A stretch of 64,000 bases of DNA from Candidatus Latescibacterota bacterium (GCA_965248435.1 OZ252100.1:1728001-1792000), one strand, 5' to 3'; positions 1 to 10,100 are shown, counted from the first letter of the stretch. The notes: a model not told the origin generated them from the sequence alone. Numbers and translations: made by a program.

Positions 1-1125
1 TTCCATTCTGCTCCCGCCTTTGACGTCCTCTTACCTATTGGCATCTCATTCTATACCTTTCAGACACTGAGCTACTCGATAGATGTTTACAAAGGGAGTA
101 GACCGGCAGAGAGACATTTTGGCATTTTCGCCCTCTATGTCTCCTTTTTTCCGCAGCTTGTTGCCGGTCCTATCGAGCGCTCGACCCGATTGCTACCGCA
201 ATTTCGTCGCAAGGTATCATTCGACCCGTACGAGGTCTCCAGTGGCCTGAGGCTGATGCTTTGGGGGCTGTTCAAAAAGGTTGTAATTGCCGACCGGTTG
301 GCCGTCCTCGTAGACGGAGTCTACAGCAACCCCGCATCTTTCGACGGCGTTCATCTGATTGTCGCGTCCTATGCGTTCGCTTTCCAGATCTATTGTGACT
401 TTTCGGGATATTCAGACATGGCCGTGGGTGCGGCTCGGGTGCTCGGATACCGGCTAATGGAAAATTTCGATCGTCCCTATGCCGCACGATCCGTCACAGA
501 CTTCTGGAAGCGATGGCACATATCCCTTTCTTCATGGTTTCGTGACTATTTGTACTTCCCGCTTGGCGGCAGTCGTGTGGCTGTTCCCCGGTGGACGTTT
601 AACATTCTGATTGTCTTCGTAGTTAGCGGTTTGTGGCACGGCGCGAACTGGACATTCGCGGCTTGGGGAATGTTGCACGGAATGTTCCTGATTTTCTCTC
701 GGCTGACCAGAGCTCTCCGAGGTTCGATCAGTGGCTGGATCTTTTCTGAGTCTGACTCGTTCCTCCTCCGCGCTACCCAAACGGTGATGACGTTTCATCT
801 CGTGCTTGTTGGATGGATCGTCTTTAGATCAGAGTCTCTGGCCGATGCGGCAGGCATCTTCCAAGCCATTTTCGCTCTAGAATTCGGATCTCTATTCGGA
901 AATCGGCTCTTGAACATGCCGATTGACTTTGGAGACCTGCTTATCGCCTGTGCTGCCGTGATCGTCGTAGAAGTAGTCGAGGCGATCCGGCTCCGTGGGA
1001 ATCTTGGCACTCTGCTTAGCCGAAGCCCCAGGTGGGCGCGTTGGACTGTCTACTATGCTGCGTTGTTAATTGTCTCCACTATTGGACGATTTACCGCTTC
1101 ACCCTTTATCTATTTCCAATTCTGA
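1..1125 (+). CDS. MBOAT family O-acyltransferase (AlgI/DltB-like), 5' truncated by window edge
   Basis: Frame is open from base 1 (LLPIGISFYTFQTLSYSIDVY); motifs FPQLVAGPIER, GLFKKVVIAD, YCDFSGYSDMA, FWKRWHISLSSWFRDY, GLWHGANWTF, C-terminal PFIYFQF. Confidence 0.93.
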   Translation, partial: FHSAPAFDVLLPIGISFYTFQTLSYSIDVYKGSRPAERHFGIFALYVSFFPQLVAGPIERSTRLLPQFRRKVSFDPYEVSSGLRLMLWGLFKKVVIADRLAVLVDGVYSNPASFDGVHLIVASYAFAFQIYCDFSGYSDMAVGAARVLGYRLMENFDRPYAARSVTDFWKRWHISLSSWFRDYLYFPLGGSRVAVPRWTFNILIVFVVSGLWHGANWTFAAWGMLHGMFLIFSRLTRALRGSISGWIFSESDSFLLRATQTVMTFHLVLVGWIVFRSESLADAAGIFQAIFALEFGSLFGNRLLNMPIDFGDLLIACAAVIVVEVVEAIRLRGNLGTLLSRSPRWARWTVYYAALLIVSTIGRFTASPFIYFQF

Positions 1126-2369
1126 TGAACCTACTATCAAATACTCGACCCTTTCTTAACTATATCTGCAATCTTGCGATATTTGTCTCCGTGTATTTGT
1201 TGACACTGACTTCGATAAACTATATTGCAGATGCAGGAAACCTATTTAGGCCCTCTCATGCGGTAGATATAGCGAAGTTGCTTGCCGAGAATTGGAATGT
1301 CGCAAATGTAGGAAACTATGACGAGCGAAGCCTGCAGAAGCACTATGTGGAGCTGATTGAGGAGAGGAAGGAAATCGTCGCTGTCGGCTCGAGTCGATCT
1401 TTACAAATACAGGCATCTCACGTGGGAACCCTGTCCTTCTTCAACAGCTCCGTCACTGGGGCCAGCCTGGAGGACCTTGTGGGTATCTACTATTTCTATC
1501 GGAGAAACGACCTGCTTCCTAAAGTGCTGCTGATAGGACTTGAGCCATGGTTCCTCAATCGACACCACGGGCAAACTCGGTGGAAGGCAATTGGCCCCTC
1601 AGTGGAAGAAGCGACAAAACTAATCGGCGTTCCGCTTGAGAGAGGTATTCAGGAATTCCCCACTCCGAGTTACCTCATGGAACTGGTCTTCTCAGAAAGG
1701 CATTTGGAATTATTCTCTCCTAGCTACTTTCAGCACTCTCTCGGAGACCTCTTCACCTATTGGACGGTGTTCCAAGGTTACGAGGGGCAATCTCTCGAGC
1801 GCCTTTTTGGCTTGATCGGAAAGGTCCCCGAATCAGACTTCTACGCTACGGATCGTCAAACCTCAACAGGACCCTTGAAACGGTTCGACGGCAGCCTGGT
1901 GTATCCGCTGAGCCATCGTTCCAGGACGATCGAGGAGGTGGCAAAGAGGGCATCAGGATACGCGAAGTGGTACCCGCCCTATTCAATGGCGAATTTCGAT
2001 CGGCTGGATCCGGACCTAAAGATATTCCTCCAAGCTTTTCTTGATCTGCTTAGGCGCGATGGTGTAAGGCCTGTTTTCCTTCTGCCTCCTTACCACCCCA
2101 AGGCTTACCAGACCCTTTCACAGGATTACCCCATTGTCAAGGATGTTGAGACATATTACCGAACGTTGGCCGCCGCTCACCACATCCCTCTTTTGGGCTC
2201 CTTCGATCCAAACCTTTGTGAGTGCACGGAGTCCGATTTCTTCGATCCCGTTCATCCCAAGCCGAGTGCGATTCGAAGGATCCTCTCTGCACAGAGTCTG
2301 CTTGCTTCTTTCGAGCCTATGAGCTCAGCCTACGTTCCCACCAAACAAAGTGCCTCACCATCTCGCTGA
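1125..2369 (+). CDS. SGNH-like extracytoplasmic partner of the MBOAT (AlgJ/DltD-like)
   Basis: ATG overlaps MBOAT stop (TGATG); N-terminal TM segment, GSSRS motif, NSSVTGA block, C-terminal DxxH (DPVHP). Confidence 0.65.
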   Translation: MNLLSNTRPFLNYICNLAIFVSVYLLTLTSINYIADAGNLFRPSHAVDIAKLLAENWNVANVGNYDERSLQKHYVELIEERKEIVAVGSSRSLQIQASHVGTLSFFNSSVTGASLEDLVGIYYFYRRNDLLPKVLLIGLEPWFLNRHHGQTRWKAIGPSVEEATKLIGVPLERGIQEFPTPSYLMELVFSERHLELFSPSYFQHSLGDLFTYWTVFQGYEGQSLERLFGLIGKVPESDFYATDRQTSTGPLKRFDGSLVYPLSHRSRTIEEVAKRASGYAKWYPPYSMANFDRLDPDLKIFLQAFLDLLRRDGVRPVFLLPPYHPKAYQTLSQDYPIVKDVETYYRTLAAAHHIPLLGSFDPNLCECTESDFFDPVHPKPSAIRRILSAQSLLASFEPMSSAYVPTKQSASPSR

Positions 2370-2464
2370 AATTGCCCCTACAAGCCTGGCTGCATCCGAA
2401 CGCTCCCAATCAAGATTCGTTCCGAATCCGTGAAACCCCTTTTGCACATAAATCGGTGAAATGG

Positions 2465-2477
2465 GGAAAAAATTTCC
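2465..2477. promoter_or_regulatory. Putative enhancer (bEBP upstream activator site) GGAAAAAATTTCC
   Basis: Imperfect dyad starting 111 bp upstream of the -24 GG at 2576; recurs at the same distance before other blocks. Confidence 0.6.
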
Positions 2478-2574
2478 CAGAATTGCCATACATCTCTGCA
2501 GAACAAGGCATCCCCGATCCGCTTTAGCCGCTAGCTGCGGACCCGATCCCCAACTGGCTCCCGTGTATGAAATA

Positions 2575-2590
2575 TGGCATAAATCTTGCA
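2575..2590 (+). promoter_or_regulatory. sigma54 promoter, block A
   Basis: TGGCATAAATCTTGCA: GG-N10-GC, close to TGGCAC-N5-TTGCW. Confidence 0.8.
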
Positions 2591-2611
2591 TTATAACCAC
2601 CTTGCGTAAGC

Positions 2612-2638
2612 TAAACGTTCTAGAAAACAGGCCGATAT
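2612..2638 (+). promoter_or_regulatory. sigma28 (FliA/SigD) promoter, block A
   Basis: TAAA-N15-GCCGATAT with exact consensus spacing. Confidence 0.8.
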
Positions 2639-2912
2639 AAGAAATAGCAGGCACAGGTCTGTATCCACCCTGATCCATGCCCCTTAAATGGTCACGCCAT
2701 CCCACCACCGCCGTTCTCCAATTTGCCCAGAGGTTTGAACCCTGTCACACATTTTATCTCGAACAGTCGAATGGTACAGGGCCTTCCTCAGTGAGTATGC
2801 GGGGAAAAATTCCCATCTCATTCGTCTCTCGACCCTTTCGGAAAATCCACGATACACAGTCGTGTAGGTAGGTCTCTAGATGATCCGGCAGATTCGTCAG
2901 CGCGATCCCGCT

Positions 2913-3587
2913 ATGAAGAAGACTGTAGATTACTTCGACTCCATCGCTGAAGACTACAACTCTTGGTTGAATCCATTCGATCTGGCCGCGCGGCAGGTCT
3001 GGTTCGCCAAACAGCTTGACCTGTTCAAGTTGCACGGAGAAGTGGCACTCGATGTCGGCTGCGGAGTGGGACACTTTTCGCAGCTGGTGATGGAACGCGG
3101 AGGCACTCCGGTTCCTCTAGACATTGCTGGAAAGCTGCTCTCTAAAGTGAAATGTGAAATGTCTAATTGCATTCAAGGAAACTCGCTCAAACTACCGTTC
3201 AGGGACAACTCCTTTTCCCTTGTTATCTCCTCCGAGTGCATAGAGCACACACTGGAACCTTCTCAAGCGATACGAGAAATGGTCCGAGTCCTTCGTCGAG
3301 GAGGGGTCCTTGTTCTAAGCACGCCCAATCATGCCTGGCGATGGTCCATCTATATTGCCGAGACCCTGGGATTCCGAAAATTCGCGGGCATTGAAAACTG
3401 GCTTACGCGTCACCAAGTACGAAAAGTACTAACTGAATTCGGTACGGAAATCGTTGTGGATGAAGGACTCCACCTCTTTCCATTTCAGCTGCGCTTCCTG
3501 TGGCCCCTTCTCGCGCGGTTCAACAGGCTTGGCCAGTCTCTCCGACATTGGATGATCAATCAGTGCTGGGTCGCACGGAAACTGTAA
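2913..3587 (+). CDS. Class I SAM-dependent methyltransferase
   Basis: LDVGCGVG motif I, LPFRDNSFSLV, ECIEH, RVLRRGG; alternative start at 2880. Confidence 0.88.
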   Translation: MKKTVDYFDSIAEDYNSWLNPFDLAARQVWFAKQLDLFKLHGEVALDVGCGVGHFSQLVMERGGTPVPLDIAGKLLSKVKCEMSNCIQGNSLKLPFRDNSFSLVISSECIEHTLEPSQAIREMVRVLRRGGVLVLSTPNHAWRWSIYIAETLGFRKFAGIENWLTRHQVRKVLTEFGTEIVVDEGLHLFPFQLRFLWPLLARFNRLGQSLRHWMINQCWVARKL

Positions 3588-3608
3588 CAGATAGAAGGCG
3601 GTGTTTCT

Positions 3609-4391
3609 ATGAAGGTCGTTATTCTTTGTGGTGGTAAGGGCACACGTCTGCGTGAAGAGACGGGGTACCGTCCAAAGCCTATGGTGGAGATCGGCGGTCG
3701 CCCGGTCTTGTGGCACATCATGAAACTCTATGCGCACTATGGGTTCAATGACTTCATACTCTGCCTGGGTTACAAGGGAGAGGTTATCAAGGAATACTTT
3801 CTGAACTACCACACGATGAACAAGGATTTTACGATCAACCTGGGATTTCGAAAAGGAATCATGTTTCACGGCAATCATGACGAAGAGGACTGGAACGTCA
3901 CACTGGCGGATACCGGTGCTGAAGCGCTAACCACGGAACGAATCAATCGCGTTCGGCACCACATCGGAAGTGAGCCGTTCATGCTGACTTACGGGGATGG
4001 CGTTGCAGATCTGGACATCGGCAGGTTGGTGCGGTTTCATCGCTCCCAGGGTCGGCTCGCAACACTAACCGGGGTTCGAGACGCTTCCCGTTTCGGCGTT
4101 GTTCAGTCGAATGGCAACGGGCAGGTCACGAAATTCAAGGAAAAGCCGAACGTCCAGGAGCGGATCAACGCCGGATTTTTTGTCCTCGAGCCCGGTGTGT
4201 TTGACACCTTCGAGGGGCAGACCGGGATGCTGGAACAAAGCCTCCCTCCGCTCGCCGAAGCAAATCAACTCTCGATGTTTCCCCATGATGGGTTCTGGCA
4301 TTGCATGGACACCCATCGTGATTACCTGAAGCTGAATCAATTGTGGGATCAGGGAGATGCCCCCTGGGAAGTCTGGGAGGATGACCGTTGA
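3609..4391 (+). CDS. rfbF: Glucose-1-phosphate cytidylyltransferase
   Basis: MKVVILCGGKGTRLREET..PKPMVEIG, LTYGDGVAD, INAGFFV, GFWHCMDTHRD. Confidence 0.93.
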   Translation: MKVVILCGGKGTRLREETGYRPKPMVEIGGRPVLWHIMKLYAHYGFNDFILCLGYKGEVIKEYFLNYHTMNKDFTINLGFRKGIMFHGNHDEEDWNVTLADTGAEALTTERINRVRHHIGSEPFMLTYGDGVADLDIGRLVRFHRSQGRLATLTGVRDASRFGVVQSNGNGQVTKFKEKPNVQERINAGFFVLEPGVFDTFEGQTGMLEQSLPPLAEANQLSMFPHDGFWHCMDTHRDYLKLNQLWDQGDAPWEVWEDDR

Positions 4392-4441
4392 GGCTTGTTG
4401 ATGGGTGAAGCGTGATCGCTTGAATTGTGCAGGAGTCTGAA

Positions 4442-5488
4442 ATGAATATTCTCGTGACAGGTCATCTGGGTTACATCGGCAGTGTTTTGACGCGAGTCTT
4501 GCACCGCTGCGGGTACACGGTCGTAGGCCTCGACACAGGCTATTTTGCGGACTGCTACATTTCGGAAGATATGCAGTTCCCAGACCGGGAACTTCAGAAG
4601 GACCTCCGGTCCGTAGAGGTTGAGGACCTGAGAGGGATCGACGCCATAATCCACCTTGCGGCGCTCTCGAACGATCCGATGGGTGAGCTGAGCCCCGCTC
4701 TGACTGATGAAATCAACCATCTCGCCACAGTCCAGCTGGCCCAGAAGGCGCGAGAAGCGAACATATCCCGGTTCATTCTCTCCTCGTCCTGCAGCATATA
4801 CGGCGCTGCAAACGGAAGCGCCCCGCTTACAGAAGGTGCTCCGCTCAATCCAGTTTCGGCCTACGCGGAATCCAAGATCCGTGCCGAAGGAGGACTATGC
4901 TCCCTGGCGAATGAGCACTTTTCACCTGTATTTCTACGCAATGCAACGGCATACGGGGTCTCCCCCAGGTTCCGCTTCGATCTCGTCGTGAACAACCTTG
5001 TAGGATGGGCTCTGGCAACTGGAAACCTCCAGGTCAAAAGCGACGGCAGTCCCTGGCGCCCACTCATTCACGTGGAGGACATTTGCTGTGCCTGCGTCGC
5101 AGCCCTTGAGGCTCCAAAAGAGGCCATCCACGCTGAAGCCTTCAATGTCGGACAGGATTCCGAAAACTTCCAGGTTCGTGACATCGTGAAAACGATTCGA
5201 GAAACCATTCCCAGCCAGGTGGAATTCACGGGGGAGAACCAAGGAGATTCCAGAAGTTACCGTGTCTCCTTTCAGAAGATCAAAGATAGGCTTCCTGGAT
5301 TTCGGCCGAAGTGGACGCTGTCCGATGGGATTGAAGAGCTGTATCAGGCCCTTCGAGAAATAGATTTGGATCTCTTTAGAGACAGGAGATTCTCTCGCCT
5401 GGATCAACTTCAATACCTGATGGCATCAGACTATCTCAATACCGATCTGTTCTGGAAAGGTGAACCGGAGGTACTGGCACATGATTGA
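4442..5488 (+). CDS. NAD-dependent epimerase/dehydratase
   Basis: TGHLGYIG Rossmann motif, HLAALSNDP, SSCSIYG, YAESK, RNATAYG. Confidence 0.9.
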   Translation: MNILVTGHLGYIGSVLTRVLHRCGYTVVGLDTGYFADCYISEDMQFPDRELQKDLRSVEVEDLRGIDAIIHLAALSNDPMGELSPALTDEINHLATVQLAQKAREANISRFILSSSCSIYGAANGSAPLTEGAPLNPVSAYAESKIRAEGGLCSLANEHFSPVFLRNATAYGVSPRFRFDLVVNNLVGWALATGNLQVKSDGSPWRPLIHVEDICCACVAALEAPKEAIHAEAFNVGQDSENFQVRDIVKTIRETIPSQVEFTGENQGDSRSYRVSFQKIKDRLPGFRPKWTLSDGIEELYQALREIDLDLFRDRRFSRLDQLQYLMASDYLNTDLFWKGEPEVLAHD

Positions 5489-5930
5489 AGGGGTTCTGAT
5501 CGTCCCGCTTCGACAGATTCCGGACGAGCGCGGCAAGATCATGCACATGCTCCGCGCTGATTCCGACCACTACGAGAAGTTTGGAGAAATATACTTTTCG
5601 GTGGCCTATCCAGGAACTATCAAGGGATGGCACCGCCATACACGCCAGACCCAAAACTATGCCGTCGTATCGGGGATGATCAAACTCGTTCTGTTCGATT
5701 CGAGGGATAACTCGCCTACGAAAGGGGAATTGATGGAACTCTTCATCGGCGAGGATAACTACTGTCTGGTCAAGATTCCTCCCGGTATCACGAACGGGTA
5801 CAAGACATATGGCGTAAGACCGGCCTTCCTGGCCAACTGTGCAACGGAACCGCACGACTCGCAAGAGATGATTCGAATCGACCCCTTCTCTACCGAGATT
5901 CCATACGACTGGGCACTCAAAAATCGGTGA
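5481..5930 (+). CDS. NDP-4-keto-6-deoxysugar 3,5-epimerase family (RmlC-like cupin)
   Basis: DERG, KGWHRH, VLFDSRDNSPTKG, IPPGITNG. Confidence 0.88.
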   Translation: MIEGVLIVPLRQIPDERGKIMHMLRADSDHYEKFGEIYFSVAYPGTIKGWHRHTRQTQNYAVVSGMIKLVLFDSRDNSPTKGELMELFIGEDNYCLVKIPPGITNGYKTYGVRPAFLANCATEPHDSQEMIRIDPFSTEIPYDWALKNR

Positions 5931-6814
5931 CCGATGTGACGAAAGTGAAGAGAATACTGATAACAGGAGGTGCTGGGATGCTGGCATCCGACCTGGCGCG
6001 GCATTTCGCCAGCGGAGACCAGTACGAACCACTTCCACTCTCTCGCACAGACCTGGATGTCACAAACGCTGATGACGTGAACAGCACACTGGAGGATGCC
6101 AGACCAGATGTGCTCATTCACACTGCCGCGCTTCACGTCGACGCGTGCGAAAAGGATCCTGATAGGGCGTTTCAAGTAAATGCTTGGTCAGCAAGAGGAC
6201 TTGCGCTGGCTTGCCAGCGTCACGGGATCACCTTGGTGCAGATCAGCACTTGTGGTCTCTTCGGAGATGATTACAGGGCCTATACGGAATATGACACCGT
6301 CACGCTGAAGACGGTGTATGCTCGGTCAAAACACGCAGGAGATGACTTCGTTAGGAATCTCTGCGAACGCCATTTCGTTCTACGCCCCGGATGGCTCTTT
6401 GGGGGCAGTACTCGCCACCCGAAGAATTTTGTGGCCAGACGATACGAGGAAGCCCTGGGAAGCAACTGTGTTCAAAGCGCATCAGACAAACACGGATCAC
6501 CAACTTACTGTGCCGATCTGGCGATGGGAATCGAGACCCTTCTGGAGACGAAGGAGTACGGGACGTATCACCTGGCGAATTCGGGCGGATGTTCGCGGGC
6601 TGAATACGTCAAGCACATCTTCGAATGCTTCGGACTCACGACCGAGGTGGAAGAAGTCGATTCACGCCACTTTCCTCGCAATGCCGATGTGCCCGACTGT
6701 GAGATTCTTGACAGCCTTAACGTTCGGTTCTTGGGACTCAACCCTCTTCCGCCCTGGGAAGACGCGTTAGAACGATACATCCGATCCATCAACACGGAGG
6801 TCTGCGTTCAATGA
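5927..6814 (+). CDS. NDP-4-dehydro-6-deoxysugar reductase (RmlD-like)
   Basis: ITGGAGMLA, VDACE..P..AFQVNA, YARSK, GSPTY. Confidence 0.88.
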   Translation: MTDVTKVKRILITGGAGMLASDLARHFASGDQYEPLPLSRTDLDVTNADDVNSTLEDARPDVLIHTAALHVDACEKDPDRAFQVNAWSARGLALACQRHGITLVQISTCGLFGDDYRAYTEYDTVTLKTVYARSKHAGDDFVRNLCERHFVLRPGWLFGGSTRHPKNFVARRYEEALGSNCVQSASDKHGSPTYCADLAMGIETLLETKEYGTYHLANSGGCSRAEYVKHIFECFGLTTEVEEVDSRHFPRNADVPDCEILDSLNVRFLGLNPLPPWEDALERYIRSINTEVCVQ

Positions 6815-7749
6815 GTGTTGTGCCCGTTACGATTCTGATGACCGTGAGGAACGGTGAATCCTTTGTGGAAGAGACAGTGTCGAGCATTCTGAATCAGACG
6901 TTCGGCGACTTCAAATTCCTGATCCTCGACAATGCCTCGTCTGACCGTACCCGGGAGATCATTCGAAGTTATCGAGATCCCCGGATCGGACTTATCGCAT
7001 TAGAAAGAGATATTGGCCAGACTGCAGCGCTAAACCGTGGGTTGGCACTTTCGAACACGCCCTATGTCGCACGCACAGACGCGGATGACATATCGCATCC
7101 TGATCGGCTGCAGATCCAGATGGATTTCGCAACCAAACATCCCGAGATCGCACTTATAGGGACTTGGTACGAAATCATAGACTTCCGTGGGACGATAGTT
7201 TCCAAGCGAAGACCTCCCTGTAAGCCTGATCAACTTTCAAAGCAAATCCTGTTGGACAACCCGTTTGCGCATTCATCGGTGTTGCTCAATCGATTGAAGG
7301 CACTTGAGTGTGGCGGATACAATCCAGCATTCAGCTTCGCCCAGGACTATGCACTATGGATAGAAATGGCATCTGGCTCCCCGGCAGCTATCCTCCCTGA
7401 ATTTCTCGTTCAGATAAGGAGGCACGGGCAACGCTCTACTGCGGACCCTTCGGTAGCCTTTCAGCGTGCAAGGGAGGCGATGGTGGCCGTCTTGGGAAAG
7501 GCAAACCGTTCCGTGGACAGAGGAAAAGTAGAAGCTCACGCCTGCCTTCGGTACGCCACAGTCGCCAAGGACACTGGACAGGTGAAAGAATCTCTGAATT
7601 GGTTGAAGCACGGCATCTCTCAGCATCCGTCGATGCTATTCTACAAAATGCCTACCATAGCGCCTATTTTCCTTCGAGCGGTCGTTAGCGATAAAGGATT
7701 TACAGCCCTTCGAAGAGTGAGGCGTCTTTTTCTGCAGGGCACGGCCTGA
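6811..7749 (+). CDS. GT2 glycosyltransferase
   Basis: SILNQTF, LDNASSDRT, ALNRGL, DADD, HSSV, QDYALW. Confidence 0.9.
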   Translation: MSVVPVTILMTVRNGESFVEETVSSILNQTFGDFKFLILDNASSDRTREIIRSYRDPRIGLIALERDIGQTAALNRGLALSNTPYVARTDADDISHPDRLQIQMDFATKHPEIALIGTWYEIIDFRGTIVSKRRPPCKPDQLSKQILLDNPFAHSSVLLNRLKALECGGYNPAFSFAQDYALWIEMASGSPAAILPEFLVQIRRHGQRSTADPSVAFQRAREAMVAVLGKANRSVDRGKVEAHACLRYATVAKDTGQVKESLNWLKHGISQHPSMLFYKMPTIAPIFLRAVVSDKGFTALRRVRRLFLQGTA

Positions 7750-8111
7750 ATGAAGCCTACACAGCTGCCGAAGGGAATGAGAGTAGGCGTAACAGGGGCT
7801 AGAGGATTCCTGGGCCGGCATCTTCTTGACGCACTCCGAAGCCAGCCAGTCGCGTTAGTGTGTCTAGATGATGATGTTCGCTCATCTGATTCGCCCAAAC
7901 AGGATTTCGACATTTTATACCACCTAGCCGCCGTTCTTCCAGCAAGATTCAAAGAAGATCCAAAACTGAGCTTCTCAGTCAATGTGGACTGCACGCGGTT
8001 CCAGAAGCAAAGATTTTCGCGAAGTGTAAATTGATACAAGAGCAACTCGGATGGGAGCCCAGGATGAAATTTGAAGAAGGGCTGCTCGAGATGATGCGCT
8101 CAACGAAATGA
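7750..8111 (+). pseudogene. NAD-dependent epimerase with large internal deletion
   Basis: N-terminal VTGARGFLG...YHLAA...VNVDCT joined out of frame to a typical C-terminus QLGWEPRMKFEEGLLEMM* (stop 8109-8111); catalytic YxxxK region missing. Confidence 0.8.
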
Positions 8112-8142
8112 TCAACCTACACCCCTTTTATCCGGTTGTCAA

Positions 8143-8922
8143 ATGAAAACACTTCTCAAAAATACAATCGCCGGTGTGTTCGGTACTCTCGGATACGATT
8201 TACACGTAGCACGCAAAAATGGATCAAAAGACTGGGAGGTCTTCGATAAGTTCATTCTCTCCTCCTACTACAACAAGAACAAAATACGTGAAGCCTACAG
8301 TAAATCTCTCGAGCGCACCGGCATGGAGTGGTCTGACAATTTCTCCAAGCAATGCCGACATTACATCCTACATCAAATGGCCCAGCACGCCATTTCCAAC
8401 AAAGGTGACTTTGCAGAGTGTGGCTGCTGGAAAGGACAATCTGCCTACCTGATCGCGAGTATTCTCGAAGAGAACGAATTCGAAGGTGAGTTCCACATCT
8501 TCGATTCGTTCGAGGGATTGTCAGATCTGTCCTCGGATGATGGAAACGAAAGGCGGAAACTTACTCGGGTGGGAATGGAAGCGCAGAGGAAATGGTTCGA
8601 TTCGACGGAGGAGGAAGTCTCCAAGAACCTCTCTGAATTCGAATTCGTGACTCTCTACAAGGGCTGGATCCCGGATAGATTTTCAGAGGTTCGTGAGAAG
8701 ACATTCTCGTTTGTACATCTCGATGTAGACCTCTACCAACCCTATGTCGATTCCCTTAAATTCTTCTATCCCAGGTTGGTAGACGGCGGCGTCATCTGTT
8801 TGGACGATTATGGCCTCACCCAATTTCCTGGGGCGAAAGCGGCCCTTGAAGAGTTCCTTCGTGACAAGACTTATAACCTATTTCTTGAAATGCCGACGGG
8901 TGGCGCATTTCTCATCAAGTGA
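8143..8922 (+). CDS. TylF/MycF/NovP family sugar O-methyltransferase
   Basis: GDFAECGCWKG, FDSFEGL, YKGWIP, VHLDVDLY, GGVICLDDY. Confidence 0.9.
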   Translation: MKTLLKNTIAGVFGTLGYDLHVARKNGSKDWEVFDKFILSSYYNKNKIREAYSKSLERTGMEWSDNFSKQCRHYILHQMAQHAISNKGDFAECGCWKGQSAYLIASILEENEFEGEFHIFDSFEGLSDLSSDDGNERRKLTRVGMEAQRKWFDSTEEEVSKNLSEFEFVTLYKGWIPDRFSEVREKTFSFVHLDVDLYQPYVDSLKFFYPRLVDGGVICLDDYGLTQFPGAKAALEEFLRDKTYNLFLEMPTGGAFLIK

Positions 8923-8987
8923 CGTGGAATCGCGATGAAATCTGATCGCCTTCACAAACGCAATGAAGATCCGAAAGAGGAAACGCA

Positions 8988-10100
8988 ATGAATCTTGACT
9001 TTCTGCAGATCGGATTCCAAAAGTGTGCGACGACCTTTCTCGAAAACAACGTCTATCCCTACAATCCTGGCATTCACTGCATTCAAGCCGCGAACAATGT
9101 TGATCTGGAACGCTCTCTCCTGAGAAGCCTGATACTTCCTGATGGATTGGAGTTCAGCCAAAAACTCGCAAACGATTCCATTTCAAAAACTTGTAGTAAT
9201 TTGTTTAGCGATGAAACAGTAAATGGAATCATGTTCGAGTCATTCACATTTTCGTATCAGCGCAGGTTTGACCGTAAGAGTGTGATTGATAGGATAAACG
9301 ATACGTTTCCAGGCGTTAAGGTTATAACCTTCGTCAGAAATCAGAAAACATGGCTCTTAAGTCATTACTCTCAGTATGTGAAATCAGGCGGATTGTTATC
9401 GCTGCACGATTTCATCGAATGTTTCATTTCTAATCCATACATGGAAAGCCACCACATTGACTGGTATCCGTTAATCTCGTACCTACACGAAGTATTCGGT
9501 AAAGAGAGAGTTTTAGTCTGCCTCTATGAGGACTTGAAGGGTTCTCCGCAGGATGTTGCAGACCAGATCTTTTCATTCTTGGGTGTGCAATCTACAAAGA
9601 TAAATCCAGACGTTGTCAACCCATCCTTGAGCCGTTACGGTTTGGGACTGAAGAGAATGCTGAATCACTTTCTAAGGTCTGACAATGGGGAATCTAGTTA
9701 CACCTTCAGAAGGGATCCCTACGAATCCCAGCCATCCTTCTACTCCAGGCTTAAACACAAAGTGATCTATAAAGCCTACAAACCAATCACGCATAGAATG
9801 TGTTACAAATTTGACCAAGTGCTTAGGTTGCGCAAGAAGGTAGAATTGAACGATACTCAAATTCAGAGAATATATGACAGGTACTCGGAGAGTAATGAAA
9901 AGTTGTCTAAACTGCTGAATGTTGATTTGTCTGGATATGGGTATCCACTTCCTAGAAGTCAAGCCCCAGAAGTGCCAGGTCAGCGTAACGTCGCGGCTCC
10001 GATTCAGTCGGAAGCTGTCGGTTTAGTGCCAAGATTGCTGAACAAAGGATTTCAGTTCGAATCGGCCGATGAAGTCGTCCAGCTCCTTCAGAGCGATTGA
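8988..10100 (+). CDS. Sulfotransferase family protein
   Basis: 5'-PSB-like IGFQKCATT, 3'-PB-like FVRNQ..WLLSHY, LYEDLK, FLGV; last ~48 aa after YGYPLP look like read-through. Confidence 0.8.
   Translation: MNLDFLQIGFQKCATTFLENNVYPYNPGIHCIQAANNVDLERSLLRSLILPDGLEFSQKLANDSISKTCSNLFSDETVNGIMFESFTFSYQRRFDRKSVIDRINDTFPGVKVITFVRNQKTWLLSHYSQYVKSGGLLSLHDFIECFISNPYMESHHIDWYPLISYLHEVFGKERVLVCLYEDLKGSPQDVADQIFSFLGVQSTKINPDVVNPSLSRYGLGLKRMLNHFLRSDNGESSYTFRRDPYESQPSFYSRLKHKVIYKAYKPITHRMCYKFDQVLRLRKKVELNDTQIQRIYDRYSESNEKLSKLLNVDLSGYGYPLPRSQAPEVPGQRNVAAPIQSEAVGLVPRLLNKGFQFESADEVVQLLQSD

Larger units (their letters stand above)
2460..2760 (+). repeat. Diverged ~300-bp regulatory/leader repeat, copy 1 (copy 2 at ~10283-10594)
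   Basis: Collinear shared blocks: TGGCATAAATCTTGCA.TATAACCACCTT, CTAAACGTT, GGCCGATATAAGAAATAGCAG, GCCCCTTA.ATGGTC.CGCCATCCCAC, CCCAGA.GT. Confidence 0.9.

Noticed and set aside
2355-2871. Short ORFs in the block A and B leader regions (2355-2708, 2677-2871, 10097-10303, 10214-10405)
   Set aside because: Reading frames are not conserved between the two repeat copies, so the conservation is non-coding
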